From positions 64,001 through 128,000 of IMG/VR virus record IMGVR_UViG_3300022562_002256: a stretch of DNA of 64,000 bases; one strand, written 5' to 3'. This document shows, in pieces, positions 47,346 to 55,864 of this stretch. The notes below the pieces were generated by a model, which saw only the letters and a program-made list of their open reading frames with translations, ran no database searches and had not been told where the DNA came from. The stretch's first letter is position 1. Each line of letters opens with the position of its first letter. Source of the DNA: a virus. Made by a program: the position numbers and the translations under genes.

Positions 47346-47887
47346 CGTGCCACCACAAGACCATCCACGACCACTCCACGCTCACCGAAACGCACGAGCG
47401 CATCTGGCGGTGTTCGTGCTGCGGGCAAGATGCGCCGTGGACGGACGGGTGGATCTATGTCGGCACGGTCAAATGCCGGCGGTGCGAATACGGGCGCGTC
47501 GAAAGCGTGGCGTGTCCTCACTGCGCACCAGCGTTGGAGGCTGCTTGCGACGCGGCGGCATCCGCCCGCCGGACCAGGACGGTTCTCCCCTGGCAGCGCC
47601 AAGCTCGACTCGCCGGATGGACACCGCCCAAGTCGGCATGTCCGCCGACGCCGAGGGTACACCACGAGCGCCCAGGATGGAATTGCCCGAGCTGCCACCG
47701 CCGGGGGCCAAGAGTCGACTGCGCTCGATGCTGTCTCAAGGCGACCGAGCACACCCGCGCGACCGGGGGCGCACACGCGATTGACGGGCATGTCGCCGGT
47801 CCGCTGGCCGAGTGCCCAGCGTGCTCACCCCGCCGCCCACCACCGAAACCGCGCTCACCCCTTGCCGACCCAGAGGAAACCCCATGA
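47342..47887 (+). CDS. Zn-binding protein, tandem paralog A
   Basis: HKT..DHS..ER.WRC..CG..W.DGW...C.RC.Y..V.SVACP.CAP. Confidence 0.7.
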   Translation: MTCHHKTIHDHSTLTETHERIWRCSCCGQDAPWTDGWIYVGTVKCRRCEYGRVESVACPHCAPALEAACDAAASARRTRTVLPWQRQARLAGWTPPKSACPPTPRVHHERPGWNCPSCHRRGPRVDCARCCLKATEHTRATGGAHAIDGHVAGPLAECPACSPRRPPPKPRSPLADPEETP

Positions 47888-48465
47888 AGTGCGGGCACAA
47901 AACTCTCAAGGACCACTCGCGGCTTTCCAAGGGTACTGAACGGCTGTGGCGATGCACGCACTGCGGTCGGGAGGGGCCATGGGCCGACGGCTGGGCCTAC
48001 TTCGGCAACATTGAGTGCCTCCGGTGCGGCTACGCCCAAGTCGATAGCGTCGCGTGCCCCACGTGCGCACCGGGCCAGATGGCGCCGGGACCGCCGTCCG
48101 CGCCACCCCAGCCTCGACCAAGGCGGGAACCCGCTTGGCAGCGCAAGGCCCGACTCGCAGGCTGGGCGCCACCTCAACCACAGCCGGACACGCCCGATGC
48201 CCGCCGCGCACCACACGCCGAAACGGGGACGGTGCACATCCGTGTGTCGCGCGAGGTCCACCAGGCGATGCAACAGCTCTACCAACGCCACGGGTCGGAC
48301 CAGTTGGCGCTAATCAGCGCCATGCACAAACTACTCGGTGACGTCGCCGCCGAGTACGTTCTCAGCGCGAACGTCATCGGCGCCAGCCCTCGAGTGGTCG
48401 TGGATCCGACGCTACACGGGGGCCACGCGGTGGTCGTCAGTCGGGGGGCGGTGGTCGCGAGGTAG
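47884..48465 (+). CDS. Zn-binding protein, tandem paralog B
   Basis: Same N-terminal domain as 47342..47887. Confidence 0.7.
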   Translation: MKCGHKTLKDHSRLSKGTERLWRCTHCGREGPWADGWAYFGNIECLRCGYAQVDSVACPTCAPGQMAPGPPSAPPQPRPRREPAWQRKARLAGWAPPQPQPDTPDARRAPHAETGTVHIRVSREVHQAMQQLYQRHGSDQLALISAMHKLLGDVAAEYVLSANVIGASPRVVVDPTLHGGHAVVVSRGAVVAR

Positions 48466-48470
48466 CCGCA

Positions 48471-49250
48471 ATGACGAGACAAGGCATGGGCAGCACACTG
48501 GAGTCGTTTCTGTCCGGCGCCGACCACCACGCCGATTGCGTGTGCTGGGATGTTGAGGACGCCAACTGGGAGTCGTGGTGCGACTGCGGCTTGACCGAGT
48601 ACAGCAACCTGCTGCGCACAGCGCCCCCCAGGTTCGAAGACGCGGTTGAGGAGCTGTTCGACGCGTGGGCCCACGCGCACACCTCGGACCAAAAGCGAAG
48701 CCTGAACTTACTATGTGCGCAGATTTACTCTGCCATCCGCGAGTGGGAGCGAGTCGCCGGCCTGGGACCACTGATGCACCGCATCGATGGCCGCAAGCTC
48801 GGCAATGCTTTCCGGGGGCACCAGCCCAAGAGACGCCCCGGGTCGGTCGACGGGGACATCGGCCCCAGAGCCGCCGCTGGCCCCAACCCTCGCGACGACC
48901 ACCCCGCGCTCGCCGGTCAGTCCGCGACGCCTGCAGTGTCACTACCACGCTGCCGGTTCTGCCAACGCCCGTGGCAACCGCCACCCGGGGTCAACGCGGA
49001 CGTGGCATACTGCCAGGCGTGCTCGCCGGAGCGCCGCGCAAAAGCCGCCGCGGTGTTCGGCAACGACGGCAAGCGCGAGGTGCTCGTCGGCGGCAAGTAC
49101 CTGATCCGGGTGCCTGCCGCCACCACCGCCCCACGGTCCCCGAACGCTGCCACGACGTCGCCCACAGCGGGCCCGTCCCCCGACGGAGCCACCCCAGTGG
49201 CCAGCGGCGACCAAACCGCCACCGCGGCCCCACCACGGCCCCGCAAGTAG
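48471..49250 (+). CDS. Hypothetical protein
   Basis: CRFC and CQAC; operon context. Confidence 0.55.
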   Translation: MTRQGMGSTLESFLSGADHHADCVCWDVEDANWESWCDCGLTEYSNLLRTAPPRFEDAVEELFDAWAHAHTSDQKRSLNLLCAQIYSAIREWERVAGLGPLMHRIDGRKLGNAFRGHQPKRRPGSVDGDIGPRAAAGPNPRDDHPALAGQSATPAVSLPRCRFCQRPWQPPPGVNADVAYCQACSPERRAKAAAVFGNDGKREVLVGGKYLIRVPAATTAPRSPNAATTSPTAGPSPDGATPVASGDQTATAAPPRPRK

Positions 49251-49263
49251 GCACCGCACGCCC

Positions 49264-50307
49264 ATGCCCTGCCCCGTATGCCAACACCCCGCCCTAGACG
49301 AGATCAATCGGCGACTCGCAGCCGGCGACAGCCTCCGATGTATGGCGCGGGAGTATGGCTTCAACGGCCACGTCGCCCTCCACCGCCACCGCCACGGATG
49401 CCTGGCGAATACCGCCACGTCATCGACCCCGCCGGCCGACCAGGCGCCCGAGCCCACCGCCACCGCCACAGGAACCATCTCACAAATAGAGCCAACCAGA
49501 AACAGCGTTCCTGCCGTTTCCGATCCGTCCAGAAACGCCGAGGAAACACCGCGAAACGCGGTGAGGCACGCTAACTCTCCAGGGTTTACCGTGTCGACCA
49601 TGCTGAAGGGTTCTCCGTTTCAGCGAGTAGCTGATGCGCCGGTCGCGGGGCGGAAGGAGATATGGGCTGTGCTCGAGCCGGAGTGCCTTCGGCTCCGCCT
49701 TCGGGGCATGGGGTACGAGGACATCGCCATCAAGCTCGGATGGCATCCCAACGACGTCAAGACCGCGGTCGAGCGCGCGCTGGCCAAGACTCGCCGCGGC
49801 CTCAGTGCCAACGCTGACGGCGTGCGCGCGCTGGAGATCGCGCGACTCGACCGGCTGATGGAGGCCCTGTGGGAGCGCGCGGTCCCGGCCCAAGGCGCCC
49901 ACGGTGACCAAGAGGCCAAGACATCGACGGGGGCGGGTGTGCCCTTCAAGGAGCAGCATCGCGCGATCGAGCTTGTCGTGAAGCTCATGGAGCGGCGGGC
50001 CAAGTACGAGGGGCTCGATGTCCACACCGGTCCGAGCACGGTCGTGAACGTGCTCCAGGCGGACGGTGTGCGCGAACTCGTGAGCACCATCCGGGCGTAC
50101 ATCCAACAGGAGGCGCCGAGCGTCCTTCCTGGCCTCGATCGCCATCTGCGGCACGCCATGCTCCAACGCAAGGCAGCCGCGTTGGGAGTGACGGTGCTCG
50201 ATGGGCCGGCGGGTGATGGGTCCACGGTGGTGATCGATGGCGCGGGCGTCGAGGTGACTGGCACGCCGGCGCTTTCGCCGCCATCGGAGGATGGCGAGGA
50301 CACGTGA
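49264..50307 (+). CDS. Terminase small subunit-like protein (two HTH modules)
   Basis: CPVCQHP..INRRL..G.SLR.MAREYG; LRLRGMGYEDIA.KLG; LEIARLDRL; MERRAKYEGLD; upstream of TerL. Confidence 0.65.
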   Translation: MPCPVCQHPALDEINRRLAAGDSLRCMAREYGFNGHVALHRHRHGCLANTATSSTPPADQAPEPTATATGTISQIEPTRNSVPAVSDPSRNAEETPRNAVRHANSPGFTVSTMLKGSPFQRVADAPVAGRKEIWAVLEPECLRLRLRGMGYEDIAIKLGWHPNDVKTAVERALAKTRRGLSANADGVRALEIARLDRLMEALWERAVPAQGAHGDQEAKTSTGAGVPFKEQHRAIELVVKLMERRAKYEGLDVHTGPSTVVNVLQADGVRELVSTIRAYIQQEAPSVLPGLDRHLRHAMLQRKAAALGVTVLDGPAGDGSTVVIDGAGVEVTGTPALSPPSEDGEDT

Positions 50308-50543
50308 GTTACGCTGACCTGAGTGCACGGATCGCCGCTCTCTCCGACGAGGATCGCCGCATCGTCGAGGCGCTGCTGGCGTACCTGCCGGCGGGGAGCA
50401 TGGGCCGATTCCTCGCGATGCGAGACGCGCGAAGGGCGGAGCATGGCGGCGCCGGGCCCGCACCCATGAGGAGCGAGGGGCCAGAGGCATACGACGCGGT
50501 GACGGTGTACCGCGCGATCGAGGTGCTCCGGAGGCGCGAATGA
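50304..50543 (+). CDS. Hypothetical protein
   Basis: GTGA coupling. Confidence 0.5.
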   Translation: MSYADLSARIAALSDEDRRIVEALLAYLPAGSMGRFLAMRDARRAEHGGAGPAPMRSEGPEAYDAVTVYRAIEVLRRRE

Positions 50544-50576
50544 GCCTCCGGAGCCGGCTCATCCAGAGAGGCGCGC

Positions 50577-52247
50577 ATGCCGGTGCGTAGAGGCGGCGGC
50601 GTGGCCTTGCAAGACGCGTGGATGGCTGAGGTGCCCATGGACCCGTTCTGCGACGTCGTGGGGTTGTTCCTGAGCCTGGGCGAGGCCGAGTCGCCACCGA
50701 CGGAGGTGCGCGCGCCCTATGAGGAGTACCACGACGACCCGGTCGGGTTCGCGGGCGACGTGCTTGGGATGGAGCCGTGGGAGCGGGAGCCGACCATGCC
50801 AGCGGAGGTGGCATCCCAAGCGGACGTGCTCCGAGCGGTGGCAAAGTACCGGCGCGTAGCGGACAAGAGCGGCCAGAAGACGGGCAAGAGCAGCCTCGCC
50901 GCCGTGGCAGCGCTGTGGTGGGTGTACACCCGGGTCCAGGGTTATGTCGTGCTGACAGCCCCGTCGGCGCCCCAGGTGGATGCGATCCTGTGGACGGAGA
51001 TACGCCTGGTGGCGCAGGGGCACCACCCGACACAGCGGGCCAAGGGGTTCGTCCCCAAGCTGCCAGGTGTGAACGGCGAGCCGGGGGGGCGTCTTTATGA
51101 GAGCGCGAGCCACGGATTGTCGCTGGGGGATGGGTGGGGCATCACGGGCCGGACCACGGACAAGCCCGAGCGGATGCAGGGGCCGAGCGGGGCCAATCAG
51201 TTCTATATCGTTGACGAGGCGAGCGGCTACTCGGAGGCCAACCTGCAGGCGATTCTTGGCAACCTGGCGGGCGGAGGCCACATCCTGATGCTCAGCAACC
51301 CGACCCAGGTGACCGGGACGTTCTTCGACGCGTTCCACGACAAGGCCGAGGTGTGGGAGACGTTCTCGCAGTCGTCGTTGCACACGCCGAACTTCCACGG
51401 CAAGTGCATCCCGGGGCTCGCCGACGCGGACTACGAGCGGCTGGCCAAGGTCGACTGGGGCGGCCCCGGCAACCCGATGTTCGATGCCCGTGTCCTTGGC
51501 CGCTTCCCGAGCGCGGGGGCGATGGTCGTGGTGCCCCTCTCCCTGGTCGAAGCGGCGAAGGCGCGGTGGGCAGAAGCTCCGTGGGAGGGGCGCCTCGAAG
51601 TGGGGTTGGACCCGAGCCGCGGCGGCGATGAGTGCGTCTATGTGTTTCGACGTGGGCTCAAGGTGGCGATGCCCGTGCCAGTCCATGTGGATGCCAACGA
51701 TGTCGAGGTGCCACCCGGTTGGCAGGTCGGCGCGGCGGTGGCGCGCGCGGTGCTCGAAGAACACGCCCTGCATCCCCATCCGGAAAAGCCGAGGGTCAAG
51801 GTTGACGCCATCGGGGTCGGGACAAGCGTGGTGGACTACCTCATGGCGAAGCATCGCCATGATTTTGACGTGATCGCGGTGGTGAGCAGCGGCGAGGCGA
51901 GTCCCCGCGTGCAGGTGCGACCCGGGCGCACGGCCAAAGATGAGTACACCAACCTGCGTTCCCAGATCGCGTTCGGCGTTCCCGAGTTCTTGCGGGCCGG
52001 CGGTGCTCTTCCGCCCGACGGCAAACTCCACGGCGACCTGGTAGCGGCGAAGTACAAGTTTGTCGGCGAGAAGACCGCGGTTGAGGAAAAGAGAGAGATC
52101 ACCAAGCGACTGAGGAGGTCGCCCGACCGGGGCGACGCCGTGGGACTGGTGATCTACGTGCCAGCCGGGCGGCGCTCGCCGCCGGCGCCCCCCGTCAAGC
52201 CACCCCCTCTGCAGTGCTTCCCCGCGGGGGCAATGGGGTGGGGTTGA
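50577..52247 (+). CDS. terL: Terminase large subunit
   Basis: SGQKTGKS, TAPSAPQV, IVDEASG, LSNPT, GLDPSRGGDE, VDAIGVG, SPDRGDA. Confidence 0.9.
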   Translation: MPVRRGGGVALQDAWMAEVPMDPFCDVVGLFLSLGEAESPPTEVRAPYEEYHDDPVGFAGDVLGMEPWEREPTMPAEVASQADVLRAVAKYRRVADKSGQKTGKSSLAAVAALWWVYTRVQGYVVLTAPSAPQVDAILWTEIRLVAQGHHPTQRAKGFVPKLPGVNGEPGGRLYESASHGLSLGDGWGITGRTTDKPERMQGPSGANQFYIVDEASGYSEANLQAILGNLAGGGHILMLSNPTQVTGTFFDAFHDKAEVWETFSQSSLHTPNFHGKCIPGLADADYERLAKVDWGGPGNPMFDARVLGRFPSAGAMVVVPLSLVEAAKARWAEAPWEGRLEVGLDPSRGGDECVYVFRRGLKVAMPVPVHVDANDVEVPPGWQVGAAVARAVLEEHALHPHPEKPRVKVDAIGVGTSVVDYLMAKHRHDFDVIAVVSSGEASPRVQVRPGRTAKDEYTNLRSQIAFGVPEFLRAGGALPPDGKLHGDLVAAKYKFVGEKTAVEEKREITKRLRRSPDRGDAVGLVIYVPAGRRSPPAPPVKPPPLQCFPAGAMGWG

Positions 52248-52333
52248 CGTCATCCGTTGGTGTTGCTGGTTCGGGCGGTTTCGGGTCTCAGCCCGGGGAT
52301 CCGCCATCCCATCGGCGTGGTCCGTAAGGATCG

Positions 52334-52356
52334 AAAGGTGACGCCACGTCACTTTT
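52334..52356. terminator. Probable bidirectional intrinsic terminator
   Basis: AAAGGTGACG-CCA-CGTCACTTTT between convergent genes. Confidence 0.6.
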
Positions 52357-52476
52357 CACGGGCGAGTCCTACTCGACGGCCGGAGCGTCCGTGGCCCAGA
52401 CTTTGATAGGGCTGCCGTTATCGGCAACCACGATGGGGCGGCGGAGTGGCGGTGTCGTGCCTCCGCCACTGGTTGG

Positions 52477-53160
52477 TCACCAACCCACTTCCACAACTCG
52501 CTGAAGAGTCGCGACGATGCTCTTGTGATATTTTTGCATCGCCCCGGGCACCCCGCGTCCGGTGACGATCGCCTCTCCAAGGAGCATGCCTGCAAGCAGG
52601 TAGGCGCGCTGCAGCCAAGTGTGCCCGTACGCATCCCATGCCGCCCACGGCACGGCCTCCGCCTCCGCGTAGGTCATCGGGCACGGGCTATCCTCCCCCT
52701 CACGCACAGCGAGAATCCATTGGCGGAGAGGCTCAAGGTACGGTGGCGAACACAGCATGCCCGGCAGCATGCCCCGCGCAGCCTCAAGATCCCCCGTCAG
52801 CGGATCGAGGAGCCCCACGCACACAGCCTCAGTGACCATGCGATGCACCGAGTCGGAGTAGCGAACATTGTGGTGACGCGGATGGCGCGTGCCGCCCACA
52901 TACCACTCACCCATGGGGCCGAGGGGTGCATCCACGCTCCCCTCACGGTCGCGCCCCTCGCGCGCTCGGCACGGAAACCCGAGCCAAGCAGCGAAATCGG
53001 CGACAAGGTCGACGGGCACCCCGAGGTCGGACTGCATCACCTCGCATCCATCTGGCTCAAGGGTGGGCATGCCCACCCTTCCGAGCACCTCATTGAGCGC
53101 ATCGAGCCGGTCGCCAGGCGGTGTAAGAAACCGGAACTCAATTCGGTACCAGTTGCTCAT
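52477..53160 (-). CDS. Hypothetical protein
   Basis: Start MSNWYRIEF; ATGA coupling. Confidence 0.65.
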   Translation of the reverse strand: MSNWYRIEFRFLTPPGDRLDALNEVLGRVGMPTLEPDGCEVMQSDLGVPVDLVADFAAWLGFPCRAREGRDREGSVDAPLGPMGEWYVGGTRHPRHHNVRYSDSVHRMVTEAVCVGLLDPLTGDLEAARGMLPGMLCSPPYLEPLRQWILAVREGEDSPCPMTYAEAEAVPWAAWDAYGHTWLQRAYLLAGMLLGEAIVTGRGVPGAMQKYHKSIVATLQRVVEVGW

Positions 53161-53381
53161 GGTGAACCCAATTCCGCTCGTCGCGCGGCCACGAAAACCT
53201 CCAACCAAGTCGCTCCGACCGCGAGGCGCGTGACGCTCCGCTCGCCGGTGTTGCGCCAAAGCGTCGCGCGGCCATTGGTCCGCTGCGCGTAGGCACCGTC
53301 GCCGAACAACCTCTTTGCAACCATGGTCGCATCTCGGACACTTAGCCGGTTCACTCTGGCTGCCTCCGCCGCACTGATCAC
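53157..53381 (-). CDS. Hypothetical protein
   Basis: GTG start with GAGG SD. Confidence 0.5.
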   Translation of the reverse strand: MISAAEAARVNRLSVRDATMVAKRLFGDGAYAQRTNGRATLWRNTGERSVTRLAVGATWLEVFVAARRAELGSP

Positions 53382-53397
53382 TTGTGCCCTCAGCTTC

Positions 53398-53583
53398 TTA
53401 GGCGTTGAGGATGGCGGCTTCGGCCGCGGCGAAGTGGGTGGTGGCTTCGATGCGCCACTCGGCGAGGATGCTGCGGTCGACGTACCCGTCGGCGAAGCCG
53501 GCGAGGCTGTTGATGATGTCCATCGCCTCATCGAGGTCACGGCCGATGGCGTCGAGTTTCTCATTGCGGGCTGCGTCGTTCAT
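53398..53583 (-). CDS. Small helical protein
   Basis: ATG 14 nt after the sigma-54-like -12 C. Confidence 0.65.
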   Translation of the reverse strand: MNDAARNEKLDAIGRDLDEAMDIINSLAGFADGYVDRSILAEWRIEATTHFAAAEAAILNA

Positions 53584-53595
53584 GTCCGGCCGTCT

Positions 53596-53611
53596 TGCAC
53601 GCATCGTGCCA
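53596..53611 (-). promoter_or_regulatory. sigma-54-like site TGGCAC-GATGC-GTGCA
   Basis: Exact motif. Confidence 0.75.
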
Positions 53612-53715
53612 AGGTGGTGGGGCGCAAAGCGGACTTCCCACGCCTCGCGTTTGCGGCACGTTTCGGGGCGAACAGCACGCACCGCCGATTCTGGACTATC
53701 ATCCCAGCGCGCAAA

Positions 53716-53828
53716 CGTTTGCGCGTCGATTTTGCCAGGTTGGTGAATCCGCTCACGGTGGCACGCACGATCTAGCACTCAAGTGGCTGCCATCAGGCGC
53801 CGGTAAATTCTGCCGGCTAAACGCAAGA
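53716..53828 (+). repeat. Left arm of a ~113-bp imperfect inverted repeat (contains the enhancer core)
   Basis: Reverse complement of 55655-55768; core ACGATCTAGC(A/G)CTCAAGTGGCTGCCATCAGG(C/T)GCCGGTAAATTCTGCCGGC; 18-bp palindrome CGCGCAAACGTTTGCGCG at 53708-53725. Confidence 0.9.
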
Positions 53829-53965
53829 AGTGCGCGGGCGGTGGGGCGTGAGGATGGCACGGCGCGGGGGTGGCGGCGTGACCCCTGACGCACGGGTGCG
53901 TTAATCTGCGGCGATTTGCGATCGAGCGCCGCTCAACCGCCACCCCCGCGCCGTGCCGCTCGCCG

Positions 53966-53981
53966 TGGCACGGTTAGTGCA
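53966..53981 (+). promoter_or_regulatory. sigma-54-like site TGGCAC-GGTTA-GTGCA
   Basis: ATG 53994 is 14 nt after the -12 C. Confidence 0.75.
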
Positions 53982-53993
53982 TTATTGTCGGTC

Positions 53994-54191
53994 ATGAACC
54001 GCCCCGCGAACCTCGCCGACGCCCGTCAGACCTACCGCGCCCTCCGCCTTGCCACCACCCGCCACACGGCGGCCGATTTTGATGATCTCGCTCGGTCTAT
54101 TGCTAGCGAACTCGCCGACGGTGAGGACATCACCCCGGGGCTATGGGTAGATGCCGCTTATATCCTCCACAGCGGCCGAGACTACGCATGA
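53994..54191 (+). CDS. Small hypothetical protein
   Basis: MNRPANL; leaderless spacing. Confidence 0.6.
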   Translation: MNRPANLADARQTYRALRLATTRHTAADFDDLARSIASELADGEDITPGLWVDAAYILHSGRDYA

Positions 54192-54419
54192 AAGACGCCA
54201 CGTCATCCGGGCTGCCTTGCGGCGCCCGCTGGACGCCAATTGCAGGCGGTCACCCAAGGCGGTTACAGCCTCGCCAACCGCAGTGAACGTGGTCGTAGGG
54301 TACTTCTCAAGTAACCACTTGAGTTGCTCGGAGGTAGTGCGACCCCGCGTGCCGCCGTGGAGGTAGAATTTATAGAGCGCTCGCGCGAGATCATCGAGCG
54401 CTGCTGAGTTCACCGTCAT
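54141..54419 (-). CDS. Small hypothetical protein
   Basis: MTVNSAALDD; ATG 16 nt after the -12 C. Confidence 0.55.
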   Translation of the reverse strand: MTVNSAALDDLARALYKFYLHGGTRGRTTSEQLKWLLEKYPTTTFTAVGEAVTALGDRLQLASSGRRKAARMTWRLSCVVSAAVEDISGIYP

Positions 54420-54433
54420 GGTCGCCGTCGCTA

Positions 54434-54449
54434 TGCACGCTGCGTGCCA
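54434..54449 (-). promoter_or_regulatory. sigma-54-like site TGGCAC-GCAGC-GTGCA
   Basis: Exact motif. Confidence 0.75.
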
Positions 54450-54509
54450 TGGTGAAGGATACCGCATCTGCCTTGCGCATGGGTCGCAGCGCTCCGCCAT
54501 GGTGAAGGA
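54446..54509 (+). repeat. 14-bp exact direct repeat GCCATGGTGAAGGA x2
   Basis: At 54446 and 54496, between divergent sigma-54-like sites. Confidence 0.75.
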
Positions 54510-54521
54510 ACGGTCGCCGGG

Positions 54522-54537
54522 TGGCACGGCTCGTGCA
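54522..54537 (+). promoter_or_regulatory. sigma-54-like site TGGCAC-GGCTC-GTGCA
   Basis: ATG 54550 is 14 nt after the -12 C. Confidence 0.75.
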
Positions 54538-54549
54538 AGACGGGCAGGC

Positions 54550-54801
54550 ATGACGACCACCAAACAGACCACGGCGGAAAAGTTCGCGACAGCGTGGGCG
54601 GAGTCCGTTCGCACCAACAGCCCGCTCGACGAGATGGGCATCGATCTCCTCGCCGATACCAAGAACAGGGTCGGCGTGTTCCCCGACGGCAGCGCCGTCG
54701 TGCTCCTCTACATCACCAGCGAAACTGGTTTCGCTGGTGCCGCCGTGGTCGCCAAAGCATCCGAGGCCGACGCCCGCGCTGCGCTGGCGGCCAACATCTG
54801 A
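54550..54801 (+). CDS. Small hypothetical protein
   Basis: MTTTKQTT. Confidence 0.65.
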   Translation: MTTTKQTTAEKFATAWAESVRTNSPLDEMGIDLLADTKNRVGVFPDGSAVVLLYITSETGFAGAAVVAKASEADARAALAANI

Positions 54802-54808
54802 GGACGCC

Positions 54809-55666
54809 ATGAGCACCCATCCCACACCCAAAATCACCAGGCAGGAAGTCCGCTGGATCCCGCTGCCGGACAGCAAAACGATTGACGTCTCGGGTCGCCC
54901 CGCGCGACTCTGGACGCTCTACGGCCCCGGTCGCGATGACCCGGCCGTGCCGCCCCAACTGCCCATCACCCCGGTCCATCACCATGGGGCATTCCTAGAG
55001 GACGAGACGCACGACTGGATCGTGCGCGGCAATACCCTGCGGTACTTCAGTCGCGTCACAGACCGAGGGACATGGGTGTTGCTCGAGTACGAGGATGCCC
55101 CTCCCCTCCCTTCCACCTCGTCGTCCACCCCCCTCACGCTTTCGGGACTCCTCGCCGCCGTAGAAACCGCGCGCGGCAACCGACAAGCTGCCGCGCGCGC
55201 CCTTGGCCTGCCGCTGCGTACATTCCACCGCCGCGTCGACGAGCTCGGCAGGGAAGCGGTCGACGAGTTGACCGCTCGTCTGGCTGCCGACGGACGCCTC
55301 GATTCTGCCACACGCCGCGGCACCGGGCACGCCCACAGCGCGCTCGCCGTACGGCAGGCATGGGATGCCCATCCGACTAACCGCGAGGCCGCCGCGCGGG
55401 CGCTGGGGGTGTGCGTTCGGGTGGCACTCCGGCTGGCCAAGCGCCACGGAGTCCATGTGCCGCGACCACCACGCTCAGCCACGTCACCGTGCCCCACAGT
55501 GGATTTCGTCTGCGCTCAATGTGGTGCGCGTCACCCGCGAGCGTGGCCGTCGCACAGCCTTCAGTGTCCGGCATGTGGCGGCGATGCATTCCGGCAAGGG
55601 GTGACAGCCCCGGGCGGCGACTCTGACTTGAGGCCGCCCGCGCCCCCATGCAAGTCTTGCGCTTAG
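54809..55666 (+). CDS. Regulator with two Fis-type (HTH_8-like) HTHs and a C-terminal Zn ribbon
   Basis: AVETARGNRQAAARALGLPLRTFHRRVDELG; TNREAAARALGV; CAQC and CPAC; no Walker A or GAFTGA motif. Confidence 0.75.
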   Translation: MSTHPTPKITRQEVRWIPLPDSKTIDVSGRPARLWTLYGPGRDDPAVPPQLPITPVHHHGAFLEDETHDWIVRGNTLRYFSRVTDRGTWVLLEYEDAPPLPSTSSSTPLTLSGLLAAVETARGNRQAAARALGLPLRTFHRRVDELGREAVDELTARLAADGRLDSATRRGTGHAHSALAVRQAWDAHPTNREAAARALGVCVRVALRLAKRHGVHVPRPPRSATSPCPTVDFVCAQCGARHPRAWPSHSLQCPACGGDAFRQGVTAPGGDSDLRPPAPPCKSCA

Positions 55667-55768
55667 GCCGGCAGAATTTACCGGCACCTGATGGCAGCCA
55701 CTTGAGCGCTAGATCGTATGCAAGGTCGTGACCAACTTCACCAACTCGCCAAAATCGACGCGCAAACG
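55655..55768 (-). repeat. Right arm of the inverted repeat (contains the enhancer core)
   Basis: Matches 53716-53828; the ORF track shows DLALKWLPSGAGKFCR in both. Confidence 0.9.
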
Positions 55769-55864
55769 GTGCGTTGCTTCTCTCCGACCCGGGGTGCTGC
55801 CCCGAGCAGGCATCATGCAGCGACACGTGACCCCCATTTGGTACTCGCCACGCCCTGCAGCCTG

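Noticed and set aside
50540-50590. Programmed frameshift from MSLRSRLIQR into terL
   Set aside because: No slippery site seen, and ATG 50577 has its own GAGAGG SD
50559-52352. 597-aa minus-strand ORF
   Set aside because: Antisense shadow of terL; typical high-GC artefact with no motifs
53716-55768. Inverted repeats as IS or transposon ends
   Set aside because: No transposase inside or nearby; arm position is better explained by promoter geometry
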